From an uncultured Actinomycetes bacterium (lineage in GTDB: Bacteria; Actinomycetota; Thermoleophilia; RBG-16-64-13), in the NCBI GenBank assembly GCA_963841735.1, contig CAWJDT010000004.1:192001-256000 (forward strand): a stretch of 64,000 bases of DNA, given 5' to 3'. How positions within the stretch are numbered: position 1 is the stretch's first letter; each line of letters begins with the position of its first letter. Shown here in pieces: positions 36,071-45,827 of this stretch. A program made the position numbers and the translations under genes. Under the pieces are notes generated by a model. The model was not told where the DNA came from, made no database searches, and saw nothing but the letters and a program-made list of their open reading frames with translations.

Positions 36071-37230
36071 TAGCTCTCCGGACTCAAGGCCTCTGCACCG
36101 AGGCCGTCAACAGGATGCGATACCGCAAGATCACCGGAACCCCGCCCGAGATCCTTCATCGCTTGGAGGAACAAGTCCCCTTCTTCGACTTCACCAATGG
36201 TAACCCGAATCCAGCCCGGGCAGCCCATGGCGTAGCCCGACCGCGTGAGAATTCCTCTCTCCAACAAGACCTGCGCCACTTCGGGTCCTGGAACGGCGAG
36301 CTTGGTGACGTCCACGAACAGGAAGTTGGCCTCACTGCGATGGCACACGATGCCCAACTCCGCCAGACGCCCGGCCACGCGGAGCTTCTCGGTGGAGGTC
36401 GCGTGCCTGCGCTCCACCACGCGTTCTGGTCGCCTCAAAGCCTCCACCGCTGCGGCCTGGGCCAACGAGTCCACGTTGAAAGGTTGCCGTATCTTGTCCA
36501 GGGCCTCGACTACTTGGGGATCGGCGATGCCGTAGCCCAGCCTAAGGCCGGCCAAGCCGTAGATCTTGGAGAAGGTTCTCAATATGACCAAGTTGGGATG
36601 ATCGGCCAGCCAGGCGGTAGAGTCCTCGTGGGCTGGAGAGGTGACGAATTCGACGTAGGCCTCATCCAACACCACCACGGTCTCCGAGGGCACCTTGGCT
36701 AGAAACGCGCGCAGCACACCCGGCTCTAGGTAGCTGCCGGTGGGGTTGTTCGGGTTGCATATGATAAGAAGGCTCGTATCTTCTCGCACTGCCGCGGTCA
36801 TGGCCTCGAGGTCGTAGTCCAAGTCGCGAAGGGGCACAGCGGTAAAGGGAGCGCCGTTCGCTAGAGCGATGAGCCGGTACATGACGAACGACGGATGAGG
36901 AAACACAGCGTGGCTCTGAGGCCCCAGAAGGGCCTGGCCCAAGAGCATCAACAGCTCACACGACCCGTTGCCGAACATGAGCCGGTCTTCACCTACGCCC
37001 AATCGCTTGGCCAGCGCCCGGCGAAGCTCTCCACATGAACCGTCCGGATAACGGTTGAGGCCCCCCACCGCGGCCTTGAGGACTTCAGCGACCTCCGGGA
37101 ACGGTCCCCACGGGCTTTCGTTGGCCGAAAGCTCGGCAAGCCGGCCAAGGTGATACCGATCACGGATCTCCGCCAACGGGGGACCGGCCCTATACGGGGT
37201 AAGCTTCTCGAGAACAGGGTTGAATCTCAT
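36070..37230 (-). CDS. hisC: Histidinol-phosphate/aromatic aminotransferase
   Basis: [44 protein letters not shown]. Confidence 0.93.
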   Translation of the reverse strand: MRFNPVLEKLTPYRAGPPLAEIRDRYHLGRLAELSANESPWGPFPEVAEVLKAAVGGLNRYPDGSCGELRRALAKRLGVGEDRLMFGNGSCELLMLLGQALLGPQSHAVFPHPSFVMYRLIALANGAPFTAVPLRDLDYDLEAMTAAVREDTSLLIICNPNNPTGSYLEPGVLRAFLAKVPSETVVVLDEAYVEFVTSPAHEDSTAWLADHPNLVILRTFSKIYGLAGLRLGYGIADPQVVEALDKIRQPFNVDSLAQAAAVEALRRPERVVERRHATSTEKLRVAGRLAELGIVCHRSEANFLFVDVTKLAVPGPEVAQVLLERGILTRSGYAMGCPGWIRVTIGEVEEGDLFLQAMKDLGRGSGDLAVSHPVDGLGAEALSPES

Positions 37231-37325
37231 GGTCGCTCCGGTGACAGCTCTACACAGCGGGAACGCTCAAGTATAGAGCAGCGACGCCAAGAACACCGCT
37301 TTTCCCGTGGGAGCGAGCTGAGTGC

Positions 37326-38054
37326 TCAGCGCAGGCGAGCACCGTTGCGGAGCAAGTTCACCTCTTGCGGCGAAAGCGGGCGCGCGTGGCCAACCGGCAG
37401 GGCGGTGTCTGCAAGACCGGCAAAGCGGGTGCGATGGAGGGTGAGCACCCGGTGACCCACGGCCTCCATCATGCGTTTCACCTGCCGTTTGCGGCCTTCG
37501 TGCATGGTCACGCGCAGGGTGGTTGACGTCTTGTTGGCCGACCGGTCCGCGTTGAGTATCTCGACTACTGCCGGCGCGGTTGGCCCGTCTTCCAGAAGCA
37601 TGCCCCTGCGAAGAGGGACCAGCGCTTCGGTGCCCACGATCCCGCGCACGACGATCACATACTCCTTCTCCACGTGATAGCGCGGGTGAAGCAGTCGGGC
37701 CGCCAACTCTCCGTCGTTGGTCAATAGCAGTAATCCGGTGCTATCGAGATCCAGCCGGCCCACCGGGAATACCCTTACTCCGGCGGGAACGCAATCGACC
37801 ACCGTGGGTCTCCCCCGTGCATCCACCGCGGCGCTCAGAACGCCGGCGGCCTTGTTAAGGAGCCAGTATTCTTTCTTCTCGGAAGCCACCGGCCGCCCAT
37901 CGACCAAGATCTCCTGGCTCTCAGGATCAACGGACGAACCGATGACGGCAACGGCTCCGTCTATGGCGACGCGCCCCTCGCGGATAAGCTCCTCACAACC
38001 TCGGCGCGAGCCTACTCCCGCCTCGGCAAGGTACTTCTGCAGACGCAGGCTCAC
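37326..38054 (-). CDS. rluB: rRNA pseudouridine synthase, RluB/RsuA family
   Basis: RLQKYLAEAGVGSRR (S4 domain), PVGRLDLDSTGLLLLTNDG, EGRKRQVKRM. Confidence 0.92.
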   Translation of the reverse strand: MSLRLQKYLAEAGVGSRRGCEELIREGRVAIDGAVAVIGSSVDPESQEILVDGRPVASEKKEYWLLNKAAGVLSAAVDARGRPTVVDCVPAGVRVFPVGRLDLDSTGLLLLTNDGELAARLLHPRYHVEKEYVIVVRGIVGTEALVPLRRGMLLEDGPTAPAVVEILNADRSANKTSTTLRVTMHEGRKRQVKRMMEAVGHRVLTLHRTRFAGLADTALPVGHARPLSPQEVNLLRNGARLR

Positions 38055-38689
38055 TCCGGCACCGTCAGCAGTCCGAGCCGGCGGCGCAACTCGTCCTTGT
38101 CGTCCTCACTCAGAGCAAAGTCCTCAAGCGGAGGCAGCTCCTCCAGGTCGCTCAGGCCGAACATGGCCTCGAAGCGCGGCGTAGTGCCATACAGCATCGC
38201 TCCGCCCCCTCCCTGGGCCCGTCCTACGTCGGTGATCAACTCCCGGTCGAGCAGGGTCCGCAGGGGCGAATCGGAGCTCACTCCTCTGACCTGCGCCATC
38301 TGTGGACGAGATACCGGCTGAAGGTATGCGATGACGGCCAAGCACTCCATCGCCGCCGGCGAAAGCCGGCCCGCCTCAGCGGGGAGTTCGTACAGGGCGG
38401 CTATCGCGGATTTAGAAAGTGGGTTGGTACGAAAGAGCCAACCGCCGGCCAAGTGCCCCAGTTCGATGCCTCGCGGCCCTGCCGGCGGAAACTCCTCCGC
38501 GATGGCCTGCACTACCGCTTCGATCGTCTCCCTGTGCTCGGGGTCCTTGAGTCCTAGGGTCTGAAGCAGAACCTCTAGTGACAATGGTTCGCCAGACGCG
38601 AACAGCAGTGCCTCCACATCCCGCTTGAGAATCTCCGGTTCGATATTCGGTCCAGCCTCGTTATCCGGCCACAATTCATCCACACTCAC
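38051..38689 (-). CDS. scpB: Segregation and condensation protein B
   Basis: EALLFASGEPL, LSPAAMECLAVIAYLQPVSR..RGV, LYGTT..F...FGL..LEELP. Confidence 0.95.
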   Translation of the reverse strand: MSVDELWPDNEAGPNIEPEILKRDVEALLFASGEPLSLEVLLQTLGLKDPEHRETIEAVVQAIAEEFPPAGPRGIELGHLAGGWLFRTNPLSKSAIAALYELPAEAGRLSPAAMECLAVIAYLQPVSRPQMAQVRGVSSDSPLRTLLDRELITDVGRAQGGGGAMLYGTTPRFEAMFGLSDLEELPPLEDFALSEDDKDELRRRLGLLTVPE

Positions 38690-39432
38690 ACCTCAGCCTG
38701 TCTGGTGGCTTCCCTACTGCGCACCACGATGTCCCCGAACAACTCCCCTTGTGACACCCGTATCTCGCCTCGTGCAAGTAGCTCGAGCAGGGCGAACAGC
38801 GACAGGGCCTGCACCAGGGGCTCCTCTCCGCCGAACACACTGTTGAACGAGAAGCGACGGTGCCTGCTCAACACGCCCCGCACTATGCTGATCTGCCGGC
38901 GTAACTCCACCTTCACCTGGACCAGATGGGAGGTGTCAGGTTCTGCCTTTCGCGCCACGAGGCGCACCAGACAGTCCCGCAGCTCCATGGCGTCACCGGT
39001 GTCGACAACCTTCTCGATCGGCAGCAGCAGGCGGCGTGCCTCACCTGCCGGAGCACGAACAAGAGATTCCGCGGCTACCAGCCCGGCCTCACGTAGAGAA
39101 ACGGCCGCCGCCTTGAACTTGCTGTATTCAAACAACCGCGCGAGCAGCTGATCGCGGGCCTCTTCGGGCGTCAGCTCCTCTTCGAGCATCACGTGGGCAT
39201 CGGGCAGAAGCAGCCGCGACTTGACCTCCACCAGGAGGCTCATGAGCAGGAGGAACTCGGTCATGTCCTCCCAATAACCTACGATTCCGGCCGACTCCAT
39301 GTCGTCCAGGTAGGCGGTGATGATGTCCACCAACGGGACATCAAGCAGATCCACCTCCTCCTTCATGATTAGCGACAGAAGGAGGTCGAAAGGTCCCTGA
39401 TAGACGTCAAGATCTAGTTCTGGGGATCTCAG
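38686..39432 (-). CDS. scpA: Segregation and condensation protein A (start unresolved; CTG at 39432 or an upstream indel)
   Basis: In-frame LDVYQGPFDLLLSLI lies upstream of the ORF-track ATG; EFL...KSRLLLP; FALLEL...QGELFGDI. Confidence 0.9.
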   Translation of the reverse strand: MRSPELDLDVYQGPFDLLLSLIMKEEVDLLDVPLVDIITAYLDDMESAGIVGYWEDMTEFLLLMSLLVEVKSRLLLPDAHVMLEEELTPEEARDQLLARLFEYSKFKAAAVSLREAGLVAAESLVRAPAGEARRLLLPIEKVVDTGDAMELRDCLVRLVARKAEPDTSHLVQVKVELRRQISIVRGVLSRHRRFSFNSVFGGEEPLVQALSLFALLELLARGEIRVSQGELFGDIVVRSREATRQAEV

Positions 39433-39475
39433 TAGTGGCTCACTCTTCTGTGCTCCGCGGAGTCATTTCGGCGAG

Positions 39476-40126
39476 TTACGAGAATATCCCTGGATAGTTC
39501 GTGAGGAAGATTCTTCCCAGCCCCTTGATAGCCCAGGCCAGCGCATCGAAGAAAGGTCCCTGGAAGATGATCATCACGCCGAGCACGATGAACATGCCGT
39601 ATCGATCTACGGCCACCCACTTCTGGTAGGCATCTCTGGGTAAAAACGCCCCAAGGATCCGCGACCCATCCAACGGTGGGATAGGAATGAGATTGAATAG
39701 CCCCAACACCACGTTTACCTGAAATGCCAAGAAGAAGACGTCAAATGTCCACCCGTTTACCGCTGGGTGTATTGCGTTGAGTATCAAGATGAACACGATT
39801 GCCAGAACGAAATTCGTGACGGGACCGGCCGCCCCGACTACGGCCATGCCGCGCTGGCGATTCTTGAAGTAATAGGGGGAGACCGGTACGGGCTTTGCCC
39901 AGCCAAACATGAACCCGGAGAAGAGATACGTGATAACAAACATGGCCGTTCCCAAGGGGTCCAGATGTCTCAACGGGTTGATACTCAACCGTCCTCGGCT
40001 CTTGGCCGTGGGATCCCCCAGACGGTAAGCTACCCACCCATGCGCCAGCTCGTGCGCCGCCATCGACACGAGCAACAGGGGCAGCAGGATGGCAAGACGC
40101 GAAAGATGCGAAGTCAAGTCGTCCAT
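39476..40126 (-). CDS. Site-2 protease (peptidase M50)
   Basis: HELAH, GDPTAK..GRL..NPLRHLDPLG, GWAKPVPV, AGPVTN, FNLIPIPPLDG. Confidence 0.95.
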   Translation of the reverse strand: MDDLTSHLSRLAILLPLLLVSMAAHELAHGWVAYRLGDPTAKSRGRLSINPLRHLDPLGTAMFVITYLFSGFMFGWAKPVPVSPYYFKNRQRGMAVVGAAGPVTNFVLAIVFILILNAIHPAVNGWTFDVFFLAFQVNVVLGLFNLIPIPPLDGSRILGAFLPRDAYQKWVAVDRYGMFIVLGVMIIFQGPFFDALAWAIKGLGRIFLTNYPGIFS

Positions 40127-40128
40127 GC

Positions 40129-42843
40129 TTATCGTGTCTCCTTAAGCAGCCGCCGGGCGGCCGCAAGCTCGGGCTCTCGCCCCATGACTGTCTGTTCCAC
40201 TCGCAACTCCCTTAATCTTTCCAGGATACTTCCTACGGCTGGGCCCTTTTCTGCACCCAGCGCCATGATGTCGTCTCCACTCACACTCAGAGTACGTGAG
40301 CGCAGTTCCGTGAGGTAGCGGCCGAGCCTCTCACTCGCCACCCCTGGCTCCATACCGGCCAACGCAAACAGCAGTGCCTCCTCGGGCGTGCTACGCAGTG
40401 TACGAAATATCTCCCAGTCGGTCATGCCGTCGCGACCCAGGTTTGTCGGCAGCGCCGGCCCCACTACTACTCCGGCCCTCACCACGGCACCATCCGAACG
40501 CCTGACTCTGAGTTGGTCCAGCCATAGATACAGTTCGTCGTGCGACATATTGCGAGTCATGGCGGCTAACCGCAACCGCCAGCGGACCACTCGGTCTTCC
40601 ATTCCCAGTTCGCGCGCCAGCGCATCGAGCCGCTTGACCAGAGCCACCGTCTTCGCTCCGGTGGCCAGCTTGGGTTGGACTTCGTGGGCAACTCCGAGCT
40701 CAAACAGCCGACCCAAGGTCCACTCCACGTCATCCTCGCTGAGCAGCGCGACCAACTCGTCGCGCAGGCGCACGCTGGATAGGTCCCCCACCAAGTGCAT
40801 CTCTACGCAAGCCTTCGCGAGACCCCTGGTCTGCTCATCCATGCGGAAGCCATAGCGGTTCTCGTAGCGCACCGCCCGAAAAATCCGAGTGGGGTCCTCG
40901 ATAAAGCTCAGGTTGTGCAGCACTCGGACCACCTTGTCCCGGATATCGCGATAGCCTCCAAAGAAGTCGATCACCGTTCCGAAGTCACGCCCTCGCAGCG
41001 AGATGGCCATGGCATTCACGGTGAAATCGCGCCGGAAGAGGTCTTGCCTGATGGAGGCGTGCTCCACCCTGGGCAGCGCGGCCGGGTAGTCGTAGAACTC
41101 GGTGCGCGTGGTGGCCACGTCCACATGGAAGTCTTCCCCCGTGGCTCGCAGCCACTTGGGGGCCTCCCCCAGGATCTTTTGCGGCAGCAACACCACCGCG
41201 GTCTTGAACTTGCGGTGCGCGCGCACGCGTCCGCCCAGTTGCGCAGCCAGTCGCGCGGCGAACTCTATTCCGTCGCCCTCCACCGCTATGTCCAGGTCGG
41301 CGTTGGCCTGCTCCAGAAGGAGGTCACGAACGAAACCTCCCACCAGGTACACCCCGGCGAAGTCCTCCGAAATAGCGGAGCACGCCTCGAACAAACGCCC
41401 GAAGAAGGGATGCTCCACCAAAGCCTCCATGGCATAGACCCGAGGGGCCGGTGCCTCAGCTTGCTCTTTCTCCCAGTGGCCTTGATAAGCACCCAGAACA
41501 TCGGTGCGCGTGGCTATGCCTATGACGTGGGCCACTTGAGCCGTCCCCGTGGCCACGGCCTCATCATAAGCCTCGTCGTCGACCACAGGCACCCGGCCCA
41601 CGTTCTCACTCACCATGATGCGACGAAGCTCGTCTACGCCCGTGGACACTCGGGCGAACGTGATGGAGCGGGTCATGACGCCTTTCACCGGGGCATGCCC
41701 CAACCCGTGCCGCATGGCTTTGTCGAGGTCGCGGCGGGCCACTATGCCCACCACTCTGCCGTCCTCCTGGACGCATATGCCCGAATGCCCATACCTCTGA
41801 GCCGCCACCAGCGCTTCGGTGACCGTGGTGTCGGCGTCTACCAGCCGCACTGGGCGACTCATAATGTCGCCGGCTACGGGAGTGGTCGCGTTGCTCAACG
41901 AAAGCTCCTCGAGAAGCCGTGCGATCACAGCTGCCGGATCCTCGTCGCGCGTGACCGCCGAAGCCGCCTGCGCATGCCCGCCCCCCTGGATGCTGCGCAG
42001 CAGGGCGCCAACGTCTACCACACCCACTCGCGAGCGCGCGGTGACGAATACACGGTCCTCCATGGCCACCGCTTGAATAAGCACGTCGGCATTGATGAGT
42101 TCCAACAGCTTGTGAGCCACCACACTCAGCCCATCCACATAACCGGGCACCTCCAGCGCGGCCACGTGCACATCGACCCCCCGGATTCTTTCCACCCTCA
42201 CCCCGTCGAGCAGGCGCATCAGCACCTCCCGCTGCTCACTGGTGAGAGGATTGTGCAGGTAGCGCTCGATAAGTGGTTGCGAGGCCCCCAAGCGCATCGA
42301 GAACGCGAGCATTTCGGCATCGCGGATGGTAGTGCGGGGATACGTCAGCGAGCCCGTATCCTCATGTATGCCGAGGGCGAATATCGTCGCCTCAAGACGG
42401 GGTATCTCCACGTCGCGCTCCTTGAGCAGATGGAGCATCGAAGTGGCCTGAGCCCCATCGGACGAAAGCACCCAGTTCTCTCCGGCAACAAAGGACGGCC
42501 GGACAGGGCTTTCGGTCTCATGATGGTCCAGGATCACGGTCTCGATACCCGGCCGGCCGCAAAGGTGGCCCAGGTCGCCGATGCGTTCCGGGTCCGCGGT
42601 GTCCACGATGACTAGTTGCCGGATCTTCTCCTGGTCGATGAGGCGGAGACTCACAAGAGGAAGGGTCTCCCCGTGAAGCGATACGAAATCACGTACGTTG
42701 GGGTTGAGCGAGCCGGTGAAGACTATCCTTCCACCGGGGTATAGCAGACTTGCGCCCACAGCCGCGGCTAGAGCGTCGAAATCCGCGTTCTGGTGGGTCG
42801 TGATGACCGTTGAGACTTCCAGCAGTGAGGGCGGTGCTGTCAT
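40129..42843 (-). CDS. tRNA nucleotidyltransferase (CCA/A-adding type) with DHH, DHHA1 and CBS domains
   Basis: HQNADFD, LDHH, GGGH, CBS pair, VGGFVRD, DLDI, DLFRRDFTVNAMA, EDPTRIFRAVRY. Confidence 0.92.
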   Translation of the reverse strand: MTAPPSLLEVSTVITTHQNADFDALAAAVGASLLYPGGRIVFTGSLNPNVRDFVSLHGETLPLVSLRLIDQEKIRQLVIVDTADPERIGDLGHLCGRPGIETVILDHHETESPVRPSFVAGENWVLSSDGAQATSMLHLLKERDVEIPRLEATIFALGIHEDTGSLTYPRTTIRDAEMLAFSMRLGASQPLIERYLHNPLTSEQREVLMRLLDGVRVERIRGVDVHVAALEVPGYVDGLSVVAHKLLELINADVLIQAVAMEDRVFVTARSRVGVVDVGALLRSIQGGGHAQAASAVTRDEDPAAVIARLLEELSLSNATTPVAGDIMSRPVRLVDADTTVTEALVAAQRYGHSGICVQEDGRVVGIVARRDLDKAMRHGLGHAPVKGVMTRSITFARVSTGVDELRRIMVSENVGRVPVVDDEAYDEAVATGTAQVAHVIGIATRTDVLGAYQGHWEKEQAEAPAPRVYAMEALVEHPFFGRLFEACSAISEDFAGVYLVGGFVRDLLLEQANADLDIAVEGDGIEFAARLAAQLGGRVRAHRKFKTAVVLLPQKILGEAPKWLRATGEDFHVDVATTRTEFYDYPAALPRVEHASIRQDLFRRDFTVNAMAISLRGRDFGTVIDFFGGYRDIRDKVVRVLHNLSFIEDPTRIFRAVRYENRYGFRMDEQTRGLAKACVEMHLVGDLSSVRLRDELVALLSEDDVEWTLGRLFELGVAHEVQPKLATGAKTVALVKRLDALARELGMEDRVVRWRLRLAAMTRNMSHDELYLWLDQLRVRRSDGAVVRAGVVVGPALPTNLGRDGMTDWEIFRTLRSTPEEALLFALAGMEPGVASERLGRYLTELRSRTLSVSGDDIMALGAEKGPAVGSILERLRELRVEQTVMGREPELAAARRLLKETR

Positions 42844-42871
42844 ATTCCTAGTATACCGGGGACTATGGCAA

Positions 42872-44896
42872 CTACCCGGCGGCGCCCCAGAAGCGGAGCA
42901 CGGCCTCTACCGCCGCTCCCAATGCTGCTTGCGCCTTGAGACATCCGGCCAGCACTTCCTCATGGGTGGTGTCGCCAACATTGCTCACGACAGCGAGAAC
43001 CGCCGTCTCCAGTCCTTCCTCATCAGCAGCCCGCAACTCTGCCGCCGGGGACATACTCACCGTGGCAACCCCCACCGCCCGCAAAGCCGCCAGCTCGGCG
43101 GGGGTCTCGTACTGGGGCCCGGGCAACGAGGCATGGATGCCTAGCGTCGCCCGCCCGCTCCCCACCAATCTTTGCGCCGAGCCTGCCAGAGAACAGGGGC
43201 CGGCGGCGGGCAACATGACCGGTCTGCCGTCCAAACCGGGGAACTGGCAATCCAGCACGCTCTCGGCTGCCAAGACGGCGCCCGGCACCAGAGTAGGCGC
43301 TACCGCACCCGCTGCGCTCACCAACAACACCTTGCCGATCCCCCAAGCCGCCAGGGAGCGTACGGCCAACTGCACCTCGCTCAGATCGTATCCCTCGTAT
43401 TCGTGGATGCGGCCCCGGAGAAGCGCCACCGGCATGCCCGCCCAGCGGACCAGGGAGAGCGTGCAGGGGTGGCCGGGCACTTCGCTAGCGCGCCAGTGCG
43501 GCACCGCTTGATAGCCTACGATCGCCTGACACTGATCAAGTCCGGGCGCATCAAGGCCCGAGCCAAGCACCACGGCCACGCGCGGAGCGGCACCGAAGCG
43601 CTCTCGCAGCCAATCTCCGGCCACCCGGGCTTCCTCGGCCCCCACGCGCCCGGACATCCCCGCCGTGGAGCCTGCCGACGACGATTGCACCGGCGTGTAC
43701 CGCCTCCATCCGCGGGAGAGGTTAGAACGATCCAGCACATCCCCCTCACATTGGGGCTGTTGCCCCGTCAGCCAAGCGTAGGCTGTCGCCCCTGCGTCGG
43801 CGAAACCACCCTCGTAGACCGACTCCGGGGTGCCCGGCGGTCGGGGGTACACAAGTAGAGGCACGTACTCCCTGCTGTGGTCGGTACTTGGCGTCGTAGG
43901 GTCCACCCCGTGGTCCGCCGTCACAAGCATGCGGTCCTCCGGCCCCAGGGCGGCCGCGATGGCACGCAGGCCCGCATCTGCCGCCTCGAGCCCGCGGGCG
44001 AAGCCCTCCACATCGTTGCGGTGGCCCCAGGCCATGTCGAAGTCGACAAGGTTGGTCATCAGCAGTCCCTGGTCGAAGCGGGCGCGTGTTGACCGGCCCT
44101 CGACCAGCTCGAGGACCAGGCTGAGGTTATCGTTGTTGCCACAGACCTTGAGACTCGTCTGTATCCCCCGGCCGCCATATATCTCGGCTATCTTCCCCAG
44201 GCCCAGCACCGGCACTCCCGCCGCCGCTAGATCGTCGAGGTACAGACGGCCGGGAGGAGCGAGAGAGAAGTCGCGCCGATCGGCAGTGCGGACGAACGCA
44301 CCCGGGGGCCCCGCAAAGGGCCGCGCTATCACCCTGGCCACTGCGTTGGATCCCTGGAGCAACTCCCTAGCCGTCTCACACCAAGAGTACAGCTGCTCCA
44401 GCGAGACCATATCTGTGTGGGCAGCAACCTGGAACACGCTGTCGGCCGAGGTGTAGACGATCGGGCCACCGGTCTGCAGATGCCGCCCCCCGAGCTCGGC
44501 GATGATGGCTGTCCCGGACGCCGGGCAATTACCAAGTATCGGCCTTCCGATGCACCTCTGAAAGTGCTCGATGATCTCTCGCGGAAAACCGTCCGGGTAC
44601 GTGGGAAAGGGCCGCTCAGTGACCAGGCCCATGTACTCCCAGTGTCCAACGGTTGTGTCTTTGCCCGCGGATCGAGGAGCCAACCTGCCCGTCAACGCCA
44701 GCGGATGGGCCACCGGGGGTACGCCCATTATCGGAGCGACGTTCCCCAAGCCAAGGCTCTCCAAAAAGGGCAGACGCAGGTGGATCACTCGACTCAGGTT
44801 TCCCAGAGTGTCGGAGCCGATGTCACCGTACTCGCCTGCATCAGGCAAGGCCCCCACGCCGACGCCGTCGAGCACGATGAATACGAAACGGCGCAC
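42872..44896 (-). CDS. deoB: Phosphopentomutase fused to a purine nucleoside phosphorylase-like domain
   Basis: VLDGVGVG, GKDTTVGHWE, YTSADSVFQ, RVIARPF, NLVDFD..WGHR, TADHG.DPT..STDHSRE; then VLGSGL, VPGH, GRIHEYEG, GPQYETPAE. Confidence 0.88.
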   Translation of the reverse strand: MRRFVFIVLDGVGVGALPDAGEYGDIGSDTLGNLSRVIHLRLPFLESLGLGNVAPIMGVPPVAHPLALTGRLAPRSAGKDTTVGHWEYMGLVTERPFPTYPDGFPREIIEHFQRCIGRPILGNCPASGTAIIAELGGRHLQTGGPIVYTSADSVFQVAAHTDMVSLEQLYSWCETARELLQGSNAVARVIARPFAGPPGAFVRTADRRDFSLAPPGRLYLDDLAAAGVPVLGLGKIAEIYGGRGIQTSLKVCGNNDNLSLVLELVEGRSTRARFDQGLLMTNLVDFDMAWGHRNDVEGFARGLEAADAGLRAIAAALGPEDRMLVTADHGVDPTTPSTDHSREYVPLLVYPRPPGTPESVYEGGFADAGATAYAWLTGQQPQCEGDVLDRSNLSRGWRRYTPVQSSSAGSTAGMSGRVGAEEARVAGDWLRERFGAAPRVAVVLGSGLDAPGLDQCQAIVGYQAVPHWRASEVPGHPCTLSLVRWAGMPVALLRGRIHEYEGYDLSEVQLAVRSLAAWGIGKVLLVSAAGAVAPTLVPGAVLAAESVLDCQFPGLDGRPVMLPAAGPCSLAGSAQRLVGSGRATLGIHASLPGPQYETPAELAALRAVGVATVSMSPAAELRAADEEGLETAVLAVVSNVGDTTHEEVLAGCLKAQAALGAAVEAVLRFWGAAG

Positions 44897-44902
44897 GAGA
44901 GA

Positions 44903-45807
44903 CTACGCCTCCCGAGCTCGAGGATGGGCCTCGCGATAGACCTTCTGAAGGTGCGCAGCGCTCACATGCGTGTAGATCTGCGTGGTTGACAGATCGGCGT
45001 GTCCCAACATCTCCTGGACGGCCCTGAGGTCGGCGCCCCCCTCCAGAAGATGAGTAGCGAACGAGTGGCGCAGGGTGTGCGCGGATACGTCTTCGGGCAG
45101 TCGGGCCATACGCACATAGCGCTTAACAATTAGGTGCAGCCCCTGTCGCGAGAGACGGCGACCCCGGTTGTTCAGGAATAGTTCGGGCGCCTTCATCTAC
45201 CGGCGCCACCAAGGAACGGCCGCCCCCTCTGGTAGTAAACATCCAGTGCCTCAATGGCCTTGCGCCCTATCGGCACGACGCGTTCCTTGTCACCCTTGCC
45301 GATAGTCCGCACGAAACCCACGTCGAGATCGATGTCCTGCAGGCGGAGGGCGAGGGTCTCCGAAGCCCGCAGTCCCGCACCGTACATGGTCTCCAGCAAG
45401 GCTCTGTCTCGAAGACCAGCGGGGTCGCTCTTCGGACCGGCCAGCAGGCGCTCCACTTCGTCCACGCTGAGCGTGCGAGGCAGTTCCGATTCAAGGCGAG
45501 GCGCTGCCAAGGTGCGCGTGGGATCCGCGGATAGGACCTCAGTCAGGATGGCATGCTGGTAGAAGGAGCGGAGGGCGGCCGTCTTGCGGGCTCGGGTGGA
45601 CGGCCTCCAATCCCCCGTTGCCAGGAACCCGCGGGCCTCGTCAGCGGACGCCGTTGTCAAGGTGTGCTCGTGGCCCTGCAGCCAAAAACAGAACTGGGTG
45701 AGATCACGACGGTAGGAGTCCACCGTCCGCTGGGACAGCCCTTTCTCCAGGCGCAGAGCCCGCAGATAAGCGTACAGCAGAGGGTCCTGTTCGGGGGGGG
45801 ATGGCAC
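44903..45807 (-). pseudogene. xerD: Tyrosine recombinase XerD split by a single-base frameshift near 45196 (pseudogene or sequencing error)
   Basis: 5' part EKGLS..TVDSYRRDL, RDRALLE.MYGAGLRASE, GKGDKERVVP; 3' part in another frame [48 protein letters not shown]. Confidence 0.9.
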
Positions 45808-45827
45808 GCCAGTCTAGGCCGCCGCGC

